Assembly (NCBI RefSeq): GCF_006345805.1
Contig: NC_042997.1
Coordinates: 125,550,001-125,614,000, forward strand
Direction: 5' to 3'
DNA from: Octopus sinensis
Lineage: Eukaryota
Length of the DNA stretch: 64,000 nucleotides
In this document: in pieces, positions 52,234-64,000 of the stretch
Position numbering within the stretch: the stretch's first letter is position 1
How the letters are laid out: each line of letters opens with the position of its first letter
The notes under the pieces: model-generated
Databases searched by the model: none
What the model saw: only the letters and a program-made list of their open reading frames with translations
What the model was told of the DNA's origin: nothing
Made by a program: the position numbers and the translations under genes

Positions 52234-53847
52234 TGTTATTAATGCAGTCGTTATTCTCATCTAAATTGTTAATATTTCACCGTACATTTCAGTCATGTTG
52301 GTGGTAGAATGGAGTGAAAGCGCAGTTAGTGATATAGAAAAAGATGAAATGGTGAAAGCTGACACGCCTTTGATGTGAGATCTGATTCTTCAACGGTTGA
52401 CCTGGGCTAAACAGCAAAGGCATTTTCTACTACTACTACTAGTAGAACATGTATGTATATATATATATGTGCGTGCTGCATTTTACATATTATTCTTCTA
52501 GGATTCTTAATAGTACATTTGAACTCCATTATATATTATCTGAGTTATCATCAGACAATTTCCTTTTCTATATTCTCAATTGACAAACTTTAATATTCGA
52601 GAAAGAAGTATCGATAATCACAAATTATAAAATGGATATGAACAGTATGGATGAAGTAAAATGCCTCGGGGAAGCATTCTGCATACTAAATATGAATGCA
52701 GTTGGGCCCGATTTAGATATAATATAGTGAAATGAAAAACTTCGATCACGTGCGCTCAACAACAAAGGGAAACAACTACAGTAAAATCGTTTAATAGTAA
52801 TTGTATTTAGTATGCAGAACACTTACTTGATGCATTTTCCATCATCTTCGTGTGTGTGTGTGTGTGTGTGTGCTTTGCCAACATTCGCATATGACTGAAA
52901 TGTGTCTATTGCTATTAACATTTAACTTTGAATACCAGGTTCGTTTCATTATCTATATCATTCAAAACTTTCGATCAACTGAACTTACTAGATTGATCTC
53001 CCTTGCTTTTTGGTGTAAATACCACACGCAAGTCGTTTTACCTATTAATCGCATGAATAATCTTCGTTGATCGAAGTTTTTCAGCCCACTGTATCATAAT
53101 GTAAAATCCCTGCCATTTGTTTATTTAAGATACAGAGCGTTCCCCAGTGGTATTTTTCCCCCAGCTGTATGATTGATATTTATAATCAGTGTCACACCAT
53201 TCTTTCTATTTCTTTATATATTAATATCACTTAAGTCTTAAGTAGTATCTTTCGCCTGAGAGGCTTTAGTAAGACCGAAATAACCCCAATGATTTCACCA
53301 GTCGGTTTAAAGACCAGATCCGCTCCAAAATCCCTTGTCTATATTGCCCAACAATTTCGATTAATCGATTTTAATGGAATTATCTATCTCCGTTGTTGTT
53401 TTGATATTTCAAGAGCAGCAAGGGGCTTTTGTCGACTACATCCTTGCATAATCTCAGTTAATCAAAATTTTTACCACTTTCTACATTATGTATGCGAGAT
53501 CTACTCGAATTTATAAGAAGATTTGCTTTCAGTGTTGAAACACCGTTATTTAGACTTGAAACAAGAAAACTGAGAATGTGATTTCATTCCAAAACTTTCA
53601 TTGTAGAATTGCTGAAAAGAATTTAAAGAAAAATGAATCCAAACGTTTTCGTTATATTACTTAACTAAATCATACGATTTGATAGTTTCAGTAAAGTTTT
53701 CACGAAAATAAATTTATGACAGAACATTTCTAACTTAGAAATTGCCTGCCAAGTGTGTGCACTTACTTCCCAGTTTTTCTCTGTCTTCATTACTAGCAAC
53801 CTCTATCCATCTTTCCTTTGCTTATTTCAGATTTGTGTTTATTTCAG

Positions 53848-53946
53848 AGATTTAACACAACAAATAACTTACAAGTATGATTGAATCTTGTGCTTGTGGT
53901 CTACAAACCAACTTTTTCGACCTCTTTAAAGCAGAATCACATGAAG
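53848..53946 (+). other. Candidate isolated exon (possible start-codon or non-coding exon)
   Basis: Pyrimidine-rich region with tatttcag acceptor and AAG|GTGAGT donor. All frames from the acceptor are closed, but ATG at 53877 is open to the donor (MIESCACGLQTNFFDLFKAESHE). Confidence 0.3.
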
Positions 53947-54744
53947 GTGAGTGTGTTCTGTATTCAGATGGACGATGTTTTATACGTCTGATCAATATAC
54001 TTTCGTCGAATTAAAAACTGAATTAGTCTTTGAATGCATTTAGGAAACGTGACCAGTTCTAAAGAAAGAGTGTTGGTTTTAAAAATAGGCAAGATGTTAA
54101 GATTGTATATTCTGTGAGGCAGAGAAGTCAACGATTCCAATCAACGCGGTAAATAGAAAATCTTTAAATTAATCCATCTTTTGTTTCCTTGTTTGCTTAT
54201 GCATTAGTTTATTCAATTCTGCCGTTCCCTCCCCGGGGGGCAGTGATGGAAGCACGCCTCTTTTGTTCGATTACTGTTGAACAAGCTCCAGGACATGTGC
54301 AGTAATGATTACATCAGAAACACAACTACAACAAATTGATTTGATTAAACAAAGACAGGAGAGAAGTCATTATACTATGACTAAGTACATATCTATTGTC
54401 TGTCTCATTATGTAGTATTATTATTATTATTGTTTAATGCTATATTGCAATGTTCTCATAGGTTGCGACAAAGTATATAACCATAGTTTGTATTTAAGTA
54501 AGGGCGGTACATTAGCAGATTCGTTTTAGCGTAAACAAAACACACAGTGGCATTTAGTGGAAGGATTTTACTTAATAAGTTCAAATCCCATCGAGGTCGA
54601 GGTTGCTTCTCATTCGTCCTAGGTTGATAAAATAGTACCAGTCGAATACTGGAATCGATATATTCCCCCAAAGGGATTAATAAACTTGGTCATTCGTAAA
54701 TGGAATGTATCTCTGATCACCGAAAGACCAAGTGATTGATTCTA

Positions 54745-55303
54745 TTGGGTTGTCCGGAAAGTTCGTGCCGATTTATAGTAGCTTACCTTTCGACTTATTT
54801 TAGAACATGGTTGAGTCCATAAAATAGGATTTGACTACACCTCTATTTAGAGCACAGTTTAAGCTATATTTTCGTGGACGAAGGTTTATGTTCCTGTGTT
54901 AATTGTGTAACCCTTTAAAATGGAAGATAAGAAAGTTCATTTTCGGCACTTGATGCTTTAGAAACCAGACAAAAATTGCTGCAGCTCGGCTGGGATGTGT
55001 TGCCCCTATCCTTCATATTCACGAGATATTGCTCCTTCGGATTTCCACTTATTCAGGTTTCTGCAGATTAGTCTTAATGGTAAAAATTTCAATTCCTTGG
55101 ATGACGTAAAAAGATACCTTGATGAATTATTTGCCATGAAATCACCTCAATTCTGGGAAGAGGGTATTTTCAAGTTAAAGGAAAGATGGAGACGCGTTGT
55201 GCAACAAAATGGTTCTTATTTGGTTGATTAAAAATGTAATGGCAAGTATTTATTGACCTTTTCTTTCCTTTAAAAATCGGCATGAACTTTCCGGACAACC
55301 CAA
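54745..55303 (+). mobile_element. Internally deleted mariner (559 bp), both TIRs and TA duplication intact
   Basis: TA-ttgggttgtccggaaagttcgtgccgatt ... aatcggcatgaactttccggacaacccaa-TA. MEDKKVHFRHLML is joined directly to the ETRQKL region. Confidence 0.95.
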
Positions 55304-55614
55304 TATTTACCCGGACGAGCAAATGGATTGATAAGTAGTAGTAGTAGTAGTAGTAGTAGAGTAGTAGTAGTAGTAGTAGTAGGAGGAGGAGGAGGAGGAG
55401 GAGGAGGAGGAAGGGCAGCAGCAGTAGGAGGAAGACCACACCAAGTGTATGATTTTGGTTTGTATTGTAAGAAATATATATATATGTATATATATTCATA
55501 GTTTGTTTCACAAGTTAGTCTGGAAGTGAAGGTTTGGTATCCTTGTAGGATTTACGAGAAACCGGCTGTTATAGTGCGACTGAAAAGCTGATATTAACAA
55601 TCGCTGAAATATAT

Positions 55615-57255
55615 AAAGCTTTCAAATAATACCTGGTGCTATGAAATTCTATAAAAAAACAAAATCAATAATTCGCGCGAACCAGCATAAGCCTTTAGCA
55701 ACAGTCACAGCTTTCATATGTTGAGTGATTCGTATAGGTTATGAACGGTTGTTGTGGGAATTTTGAGTAATTTTTCAAGTAAAATTTACTTTACCTCTTT
55801 CAGAGACGGTGGTGCAGGGAAGCGTCTCTCTACCTACGGTACCAAAATGTATCATAAACGTTCCATTATATTAAGATCTAATTATTGTGGGAGCCAATCC
55901 AAGTGATCTGCTTTACTTTTGTGCATTTCATACCAATTTTGGACAATATTAACCATGTGAACTGGTGCATTATCGTCCCTTTTGGCGCTGCCAACAGGGA
56001 AGAATGTTTATATCATAAGATGAACCTGATCAGCTAAAATACATAAATAATCTGCCATGTAGGACAGCTGAGGGACCAAGAGAATTTCGTGATATTGTTG
56101 TCCAAATCATTACAGATCCACCTCTATGCTTCACCGTAGAGACCAAACATTTCAAAGATGAAGGATTCCCTACGATTTTTCCATGCATAAACTCACCTCA
56201 AAATGGGCAAAAATATGAATGATAATTCATCAGAGAAGACAACATTGCTACATCAAACCACTGACCATTCTGATAGCCGAGACACCGTTTTTCTGCTAAT
56301 CCACATTGATAGGAGACAGGAGAGGTTTAACAGTTATAGTCCCCCCGCATGGTATCCAGCTTTATGGAGTTCACAATGAAAGACTTTGGTTGGTGCAGTG
56401 TTGTCAAAATGATAGTTTAGCTCTACAGTCACTTTTGCTGCCATAGTTTGATGAGTTTAGACACAAGACGTTTCACTATTCGGCACTTCCTTTCAGAGAG
56501 ATTTGTCTTCCGTCTAGAATTATGTTTATTGCCAGAGATAGTTTTAACTTGGTATTGAGAATTCAGAGATAATTCTAAACATTGAACCTCTTGAAACATT
56601 AAGCAATACATCAATTTTACTGACTGTTGCTCCTGGCATCCACGCTCCAATAATTTATTTATCTGGAAATCAGATAGTTCATGCATTTCGGCTTTAAGTA
56701 TAAATATCTGTAAAAAGAAAAGGAAATTGCTATATTATTAAGTACAAGGCATTCATAATGGATATAAATATATATATATACAAACTAGAACAGTTTTGAA
56801 TTTATCATGCTTATTTCTTTATTGCCCACAAGGGGCTAAACATAGAGGGGACAAACAAGGGCAGAAAAACGGATTAAGTCGATTACATCGACCCCAGTGC
56901 GTAACTGGTACTTATTTAATCGACCCCAAAAGGATGAAAGGCAAAGTCGACCTCGGCAAAATTTGAACTCATAACGTAGCGGCAGACGAAATACATATTT
57001 CTTTACTACCTACAGGGGGCTAAACATCGACTCCAGTACGTAACTGGTACTTATTCAATCGACCCGGAAAGGATGAAAGGCAAAGTCGACCTCGGTGGAA
57101 TTTGACCTCAGAACGTTACGGCAGACGAAATACTGCTAAGCACTTCACCTGGCGTGCTAACGTTTCTGCCAGTTCGCCGCCATATTGTCATACTGCCAAC
57201 AGAAAAAAAGTAGTTTAATAATAAGAGGTGCTTCCATTATTTTGTCCAACTCTTA
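55615..57255 (-). mobile_element. Decayed Tc1 (DD34E-type) transposon
   Basis: MHELSDFQ, ELHKAGYH, FSDE, DLNIMERL and RFPAPPSLKE remnants; 5' TIR at 57228-57255 + TA. Confidence 0.85.
56812..57182 (-). mobile_element. SINE family B dimer inserted upstream of the Tc1 ORF
   Basis: Two B units; junction near 56995. Confidence 0.88.
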
Positions 57256-57521
57256 TAGGTATTTGTATTCTTTTTTCAATTAAGGAAGTTTCAATTAACA
57301 GAGAATTTTTTCCTGTCACTTAGTACATCACCCTTACTTTATTTGTACGCAGTAAATTAAGAAATGGTTGGTAACGTTTGAGTTTAAATTGAATTGTACT
57401 CAGTGGACTTTATGACAATGCAATTTAACATTTATTGCTGTTTATCATATGTCAGGATGGTCTAGCAGTAAGCAATGCTAACGTTCCAAACAATAGGTTA
57501 TATGGAAAGTTATATTTTGAA

Positions 57522-57700
57522 GAGGCGGCGAGATGGGAGAAAAGTTAGCCCGCCGGGTAAATGCTTAGCGGTAGTTCGTCCATTCATAGGTTCTGAGTTC
57601 AAATTCTGCAGATGCCGAGTTTGCCTTTCATCCTTTCGGGGTCGATAAAATAGGTACTAGTTGAACAGTGAAGTCGATTGTGACCGGCTTAACTATTCCT
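57522..57700 (+). mobile_element. SINE family B, diverged
   Basis: gaggcggcgagatgggagaaaagttagcccgccggg...gcctttcatcctttcggggtcgataaa. Confidence 0.8.
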
Positions 57701-59829
57701 GGGCAAGAGTATAAGAAAACTGTACCTTTCTTCCGAGCTACGTCGAGCCAGTGTGACAAAGTAAGTTGGGTCTTTTATGGAGAGAACATGCCGAGCCCTT
57801 CGTCCTGCAGTTGATTGAACATAGGTGACCTAATCCAACTCAATATTTTGAAAACTTTCGCCCCCTAAAAGAGGAAGAAGATCAGTAAATTACTGTGATG
57901 TTATTGGAAGTGACTCACAACTTAAAATAGGGGATCTATGAAAGCTAACGGCACAACATTGTTAGATACATATTGATTCTGACAGCTTGAAGAAGAAAGA
58001 TCGTCTGTTCTAAAGTTCATGTGTCGGCTAATGATGTGAAACTTTTCTGCAAGACAAAGATCGCAGTATTTTTATTCGTTCCTAAGCGTTGATGTTTTGT
58101 CTATTGTTGCCTGTAAAATTTAAAATTTCATAGCGCTTCACATGTCCTCATACCTGAAGGTTCACTGAAAGCTAAAGGAATCAATCTCTTCCAATGCAAA
58201 CTCATTCAGTTTATTGTAGCGTAAATTTATCTCTATATACGATTACTTCACTGAGGAATTTGTACAGAGGAATCAGATTTTCTTCTTGTAGTTTGTTAGA
58301 TTTCCGAAGTTTACTTCGTATACTACCGTCATTATATAACACTAACTGTAGGCCTCGAATTTAGTAGAGAATATAATAAATTACATCGTGCCAGCACTTG
58401 ACTCTGGGAGGGTGGAAGATGAAGTTTGAATTCAGAATGCAAAGAACAGAACTTTAACCACTATCACAAGGTATTTTGTCCAATGCCTCAATGATTCTGC
58501 CAACCCACGCTTCTGCAGACAATATATTGCCATCAAAGTCAACAGGTTGCTTATGAAATTATCACAGATCTCTATACTGCCCTCTAAAGAAAAAAGCATT
58601 TAACACCCAATGGCCAGTGCGCATGTTTATGGAGAGATATGATACAAACTATACAATTTACTGATGTTGAAATTGTCAGTGTTATACAATCTGATTTGTG
58701 TTGCGTGTGATTTTAGAGCGTTCTTGAATCCTCCCGTGGATTTACTTTGAGACTAATAGACTCCATCTTACTCAAGATAGATCAAAAGAGGATAAACTTC
58801 AATGGTCTGCTAGCGTATGAGAATATTCAGCAACGGATGTGATTACCTGGTGAGAGATGTGGGGTTGTCGATGGACGACAAATAAGAAGTGTAGGATGAC
58901 GTCATATGATCACTGTGTGATGAATGTTCACAGAACTGAAAACAAGCTGTTGCTGATACTGCTGTTGTTGTTGTTGCTTCTGCTGTTGTTGTTGTTGCTG
59001 TTTTACTTCAGTTCAGCTCTGACCCTGCATACCTATGATCAGGTGTTGTTGAAGACATTTCGTATCCGAGAACTACATTATCCATTGTGTCCTTCCGTTT
59101 GCCACCATAGAATGTGGTTCAAGAGATACTTCGCTGCTATTTCAAATGAATGGCGGTTGTGGCTCACACAAAGATAACTTCGAACTTTACATCACTCTTG
59201 AGGTACACCCACCATTGACAGGATAAAATTTGGAGAGTCCCTGTTCTTTTGACATACACTATTATAAAACTCCAAACCAGTTGCGATAATCCTGTCTCTT
59301 AGTATATCTAGGACAGTAAGTGTAATCTGAGAAAATTTAGTTGATGATTTTTAGCAAGTAGGATTATTGTGTTCAGGCTCTTCGTTGGTTCGTTTTCAGA
59401 TAGATGGATCACATATGAGGGTTAGCTTTGCAAGCTGATCATCCTAGCAAAGACTGTTAAAACGGTTGTCGATGTTATGAACAATAAGATAGCATTCATT
59501 GAAGTTTTGTTTTTCTCTTCGTCTATCTCTCATCTCTCCATATATATATAATTCTTCTAGCTGTGGTGATCATAAATATATCGAACAATAACATAAACAA
59601 AATATTAAGCTGTAAAATAGGAAACGATAAAACAATAAATATGGTATGAAAGATTGCAAAATAGACTTCAGGAAAAGGAAAAACTAAAGTTTTGAGATGA
59701 CTACCACAAATATCTGATGAGACTGAGTAGACAAGGCATCCATTTTATAAAATATTACATTTATCTACGCACATGCATATTCAAATAAAAATAGATAAAT
59801 TATACAGAAAATATGTATGTGAGTGTATG

Positions 59830-59860
<31 letters not shown>

Positions 59861-59875
59861 TTGTATATATGTGTG

Positions 59876-59937
<62 letters not shown>

Positions 59938-60036
59938 ATATAAGTTTATGTGTTCGTATCTATATGAGGAGTATATTTACATACATATACATACATATAT
60001 ATGATTGTACACACAGATATATACCTTTACATATAA

Positions 60037-60074
<38 letters not shown>

Positions 60075-60312
60075 TCATATGTAGAGGTATATATCTGTGT
60101 GTACAATCATATATATGTATGTGTGTATACACGCATATGTATATATACATATGCATATATACATAGATGTATATATATATATACATATATGTATAAATGT
60201 AAGTTTATGTGCGCTCATCTATAAATATGCGTGTGTGTAGATACATATATATTTATATATGCATATATTATTTATATACATACGTACATACATACATACA
60301 TACATACATACA

Positions 60313-60346
<34 letters not shown>

Positions 60347-61084
60347 AACACACTTCTATGCACGAATATATATGCATATATATATATATATCCATATATG
60401 TTCTTATACATAAATATGTACGCACACATATTACTTCTATGTTTGTATATGTATTTATATGTGCTTCCAAACATCTTGGATCATTAATAAAATGATATAC
60501 TGTATTTGTATATAAACCACAATTATAGCAGCGATGCACTATTATAAATCACACAAAGTAAAACGAAACCACATACATCTCCAAACCCCGACCAATTCCA
60601 ACTCTGCCATGTTCCAGCCCGAGCTCCGTCTGTAAATTTATTGGCAATAAATTCTGACATTGCTTTTCCTATGCATTGCGTCACTGCTTTCAATCAACCG
60701 CCGTTGCTATTGGAGACCATTCTTTTAAAGGAACCATTAATACTATTGAAGTCAATCACAAAATAGTATATATAGATATCTATATTGCTTTTCTTCGAAA
60801 ATTTTCTCTCCTAATTTCTTCGCCAATTCTGGCAATTGGTGGTCATGTGATACTGCGAATGTATCCTAGCCCTCTAACGGTAGACTAACACTGGTCAATA
60901 AACAGGAAGACATGGACGTTTCATGACTAGAATAAAGAAGAACAATTAATTGTTGAACACGTGATATAGAATTGAGAGCATCCGAGTGACCTGTTAAGTC
61001 TTTATTACAACCGGACGTTCTTCAACTGACCAACTTTATATGCGTATGCGCATGTGCCTATATATGTTTGCATGTATGTGTGTG

Positions 61085-61500
<416 letters not shown>

Positions 61501-62227
61501 GAGATGCACATGTCTGGCAAAAGACTGTGACGGAAGTAAAAGAATTACAGAGTGAAAGACAAAAATTAGCCATTCAAAACACTAAGGCTGTTAACTTGGC
61601 TTGAAACTTTATTATTTAGTGTCAAAATGTTCGACGCGCTTACTGCGACCTGGTCACTGACACGGTTTACATGTATATTGCGCGTGGGTTTGCAGGTGTG
61701 TGAGTGAGAGTGTATCGTACTATGCTACAAAAAGAGAGAGAGACAAAACAACGAAATCTTCCTTATATCATACCAGACTGACTTGAAACCGGAAACACAA
61801 ACCAAACAATATAATTCTGTATATTGCAAAACCAAAATGGACTACCTTGAGCTAAACAATAACAAAAAAGTACGAAAAAAAACAAAGCGAGTTTAAATAA
61901 GAAAATGAATGATAATTTTTGTTTCTCTCTACCTTTTCCTCTTTCACCTTTCTTTTTTTTTGTGTCACGCACTCTCTCCTGTTCACTTCTTTTACAGTTA
62001 TTTTACACCCTCCCTACCTTTATATCTCTCTCTCTTTCTCCCTCTCTCTCTCTCACCCTATTAATCACCCCTGCGAGAGATTTGAACTCACAACGTAGAA
62101 GTACATAGACAAATACCACATGTGTTTTATCCACCGATTTACAAATTTACTTCATTCTTAGCTTGAAATCTTCAGAGCTTGGAGGTTGAGGAACATATCA
62201 TGGTATGTGTGTTTAGAAAATTAAATA

Positions 62228-62612
62228 GTGACTGTGTGGTAAGTAGCTTGCTTACCAACCACATGGTTCCGGGTTCAGTCTCACTGCGTGGCATATTGGG
62301 CAAGTGTCTTCTACTGTAGCCTCGGGTCACCAAAGCCTTGTGAGTGGATTTGGTAGACGGAAACTGAAAGAAGCCCGTCGTATATATGTATATATGTGTG
62401 TGTGTATCTGTGTGTGTCTGTGTTTGTCCCCCCCCCCCCAACATCGCTTGACAACCTATGCTGGTGTGTTTGCGTCCCCGTAACTTAGTGGTTCGGCAAA
62501 AGAGACCGATAGAATAAGTACTAGGTTTACAAAGAATAAGTCCTGAGGTCGATTTGCTCGACTAAATACGGTGCTCCAGCATGGCCGCAGTCAACTGACT
62601 GAAATAAGTAAA
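62228..62612 (+). mobile_element. SINE family A, full length
   Basis: Matches the A consensus. Confidence 0.9.
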
Positions 62613-62679
62613 GGACTAAAAGACTAAAGTGAGACGTTTTCTCAACAAGGCCTCCCAATACTGATTACAAATTTTGACA

Positions 62680-62862
62680 CAAGGCCAGCAATTTTCAGAA
62701 TAGGGATAACTCCATTACTCCAGTTCACAACTGGTACTTATTTTATCGACCCCGAAAAAATGAAAAGTAAAATGAACCTCGGTGATATTTGAACTTAGAA
62801 CGTAAAGATAGCTGAAATGCCGCTACGCATTTTGACCGGCGATTTTGCCAGCTCGACGTCTT
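62680..62862 (-). mobile_element. SINE family B monomer (tail Y), diverged
   Basis: actggtacttattttatcgaccccg...ttttgccagctcg. Confidence 0.75.
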
Positions 62863-63564
62863 ACATAGGCCTTTGAATACTAAGATAGGAATTCTCAGTC
62901 TTTTCGTTGTTCTTTATTGGTAATTAGGTTTGAAATTCTGATTTGAAATCTGCTGCATTGTAATTACCCTTCTATACGTCCAGAATCGATTAGCTGGAAC
63001 GACTGAGCTGACAACGTATAAAGCAGAAATAAATTGCTTCAAAATCCTTTTCAGAACCTGTTTTATCATTCCGGACAGTGTTCTTGAGAGAAAAATAGGA
63101 TTTCAAACCAGAAAAAAAATAAATAAAGAATTCTTTCCAGTGTTTGTATCATTAACAAAAATCTGGCATTACCAAATTGTAATAGATGTTGGAATTCCTG
63201 TATGATAAAATCACAAAATTGTTTTAACTGTGTTACACAAACTGCGTATATATGAAAATGTTTGAAAGCTTTTCGCAGTAAATGGTACAATATCAACTGG
63301 TAATAGATCAATAGTTGTTTGGAGACAGTTGTACACAATATATGTGCACCATGGCCAATGATAGCAATGGATCAACTCGATATGGTTGTTAATTGATTAC
63401 ATGAGTTATTCTGTCATTTTTGTTCTGTACCACCAAAAATTGTGCAACAGTTGCCTCCACAAAATCTGAAAACTTATGTCCATCGATCCAACTTTATCAA
63501 TAACTGAAAGTCAGACATTAGTTAGGAAAACTCAGTATTTCGAGCATCTTCTTGCCTTGCATAC

Positions 63565-63689
63565 CAACCACATGGTTCCGGGTTCAGTCCCACAGCGTGA
63601 TATCTTCGGCAAATGTCTTCTACTATTGCCTCGGGCCGACCAAAGCCTTTTGAGTGGATTTGGTAGGCAGAAACTGAAAGAAGCCCGTC

Positions 63690-63738
<49 letters not shown>

Positions 63739-64000
63739 TGTGTGTGTGTGTGTGTGTATGTGTGTGTGTGTGTGGTGTGTGTGTGTGTGTGTGTGTGTGT
63801 ATGTTTGTGTGTGTCTGTGTTTGTCCCCCCAGCATCGCTTGACAACCGATGCTGATGTGTTTACGTTCCCGTAACTTAGAGGTTCGGCAAAAGAGACCGA
63901 TAGAATAAGTACTAGGCTTACAAAGAATAAGTCCTGGGGTCGATTTGCTCGACTAAAGACGGTGCACCAGCATGGCCACAGTCAAATGACTGAAACAAAT
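63565..64000 (+). mobile_element. SINE family A, slightly 5'-clipped, running off the window end
   Basis: Matches the A consensus from accaaccacatggttccggg. Confidence 0.9.

Noticed and set aside
52508-52560. Minus-strand CTGATGA followed by an AACTC/GAGTT stem
   Set aside because: No GAAA box (CAAA) and no stem I; compatible with chance.
59710-59742. CTGATGA-GACT GAGT AGAC
   Set aside because: No GAAAC or cleavage triplet downstream.

Overview
AT-rich, repeat-dominated eukaryotic DNA. The SINE families and microsatellite load resemble Octopus sequence as I remember it; this is an inference, not a database result. I recognise no host protein-coding gene, and nearly all ORFs in the supplied track are microsatellite read-through or transposon debris. 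The window contains about 30 copies of three tRNA-type SINE families (A, B, C here) plus an older dispersed repeat (D). DNA transposon remnants include mariner, Tc1, Tigger/pogo and rosa-type DD41D elements. LINE fragments include RTE endonuclease, a GC-rich uninterrupted RTE reverse transcriptase, R4/Dong-like and CR1/Jockey-like pieces. There is also a near full-length decayed Penelope-like element (PLE). The main candidate for an undescribed system is a non-coding repeat family carrying a type I hammerhead ribozyme motif. It occurs as a 559-bp-period tandem (4685-5415) and as a ~98% identical 190-bp-arm foldback (14686-15106) whose turn lies next to the predicted cleavage site. Four further degenerate minimal hammerheads occur, two of them flanking the PLE. 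Other notable items are a ~900-bp SINE-C/B/spacer/B-dimer chimera inside one 13-bp direct repeat, SINE-B multimers with a fixed junction, and two independent insertions at the same nucleotide of the SINE-A head. Coordinates of decayed elements are approximate. All structures were folded by eye.
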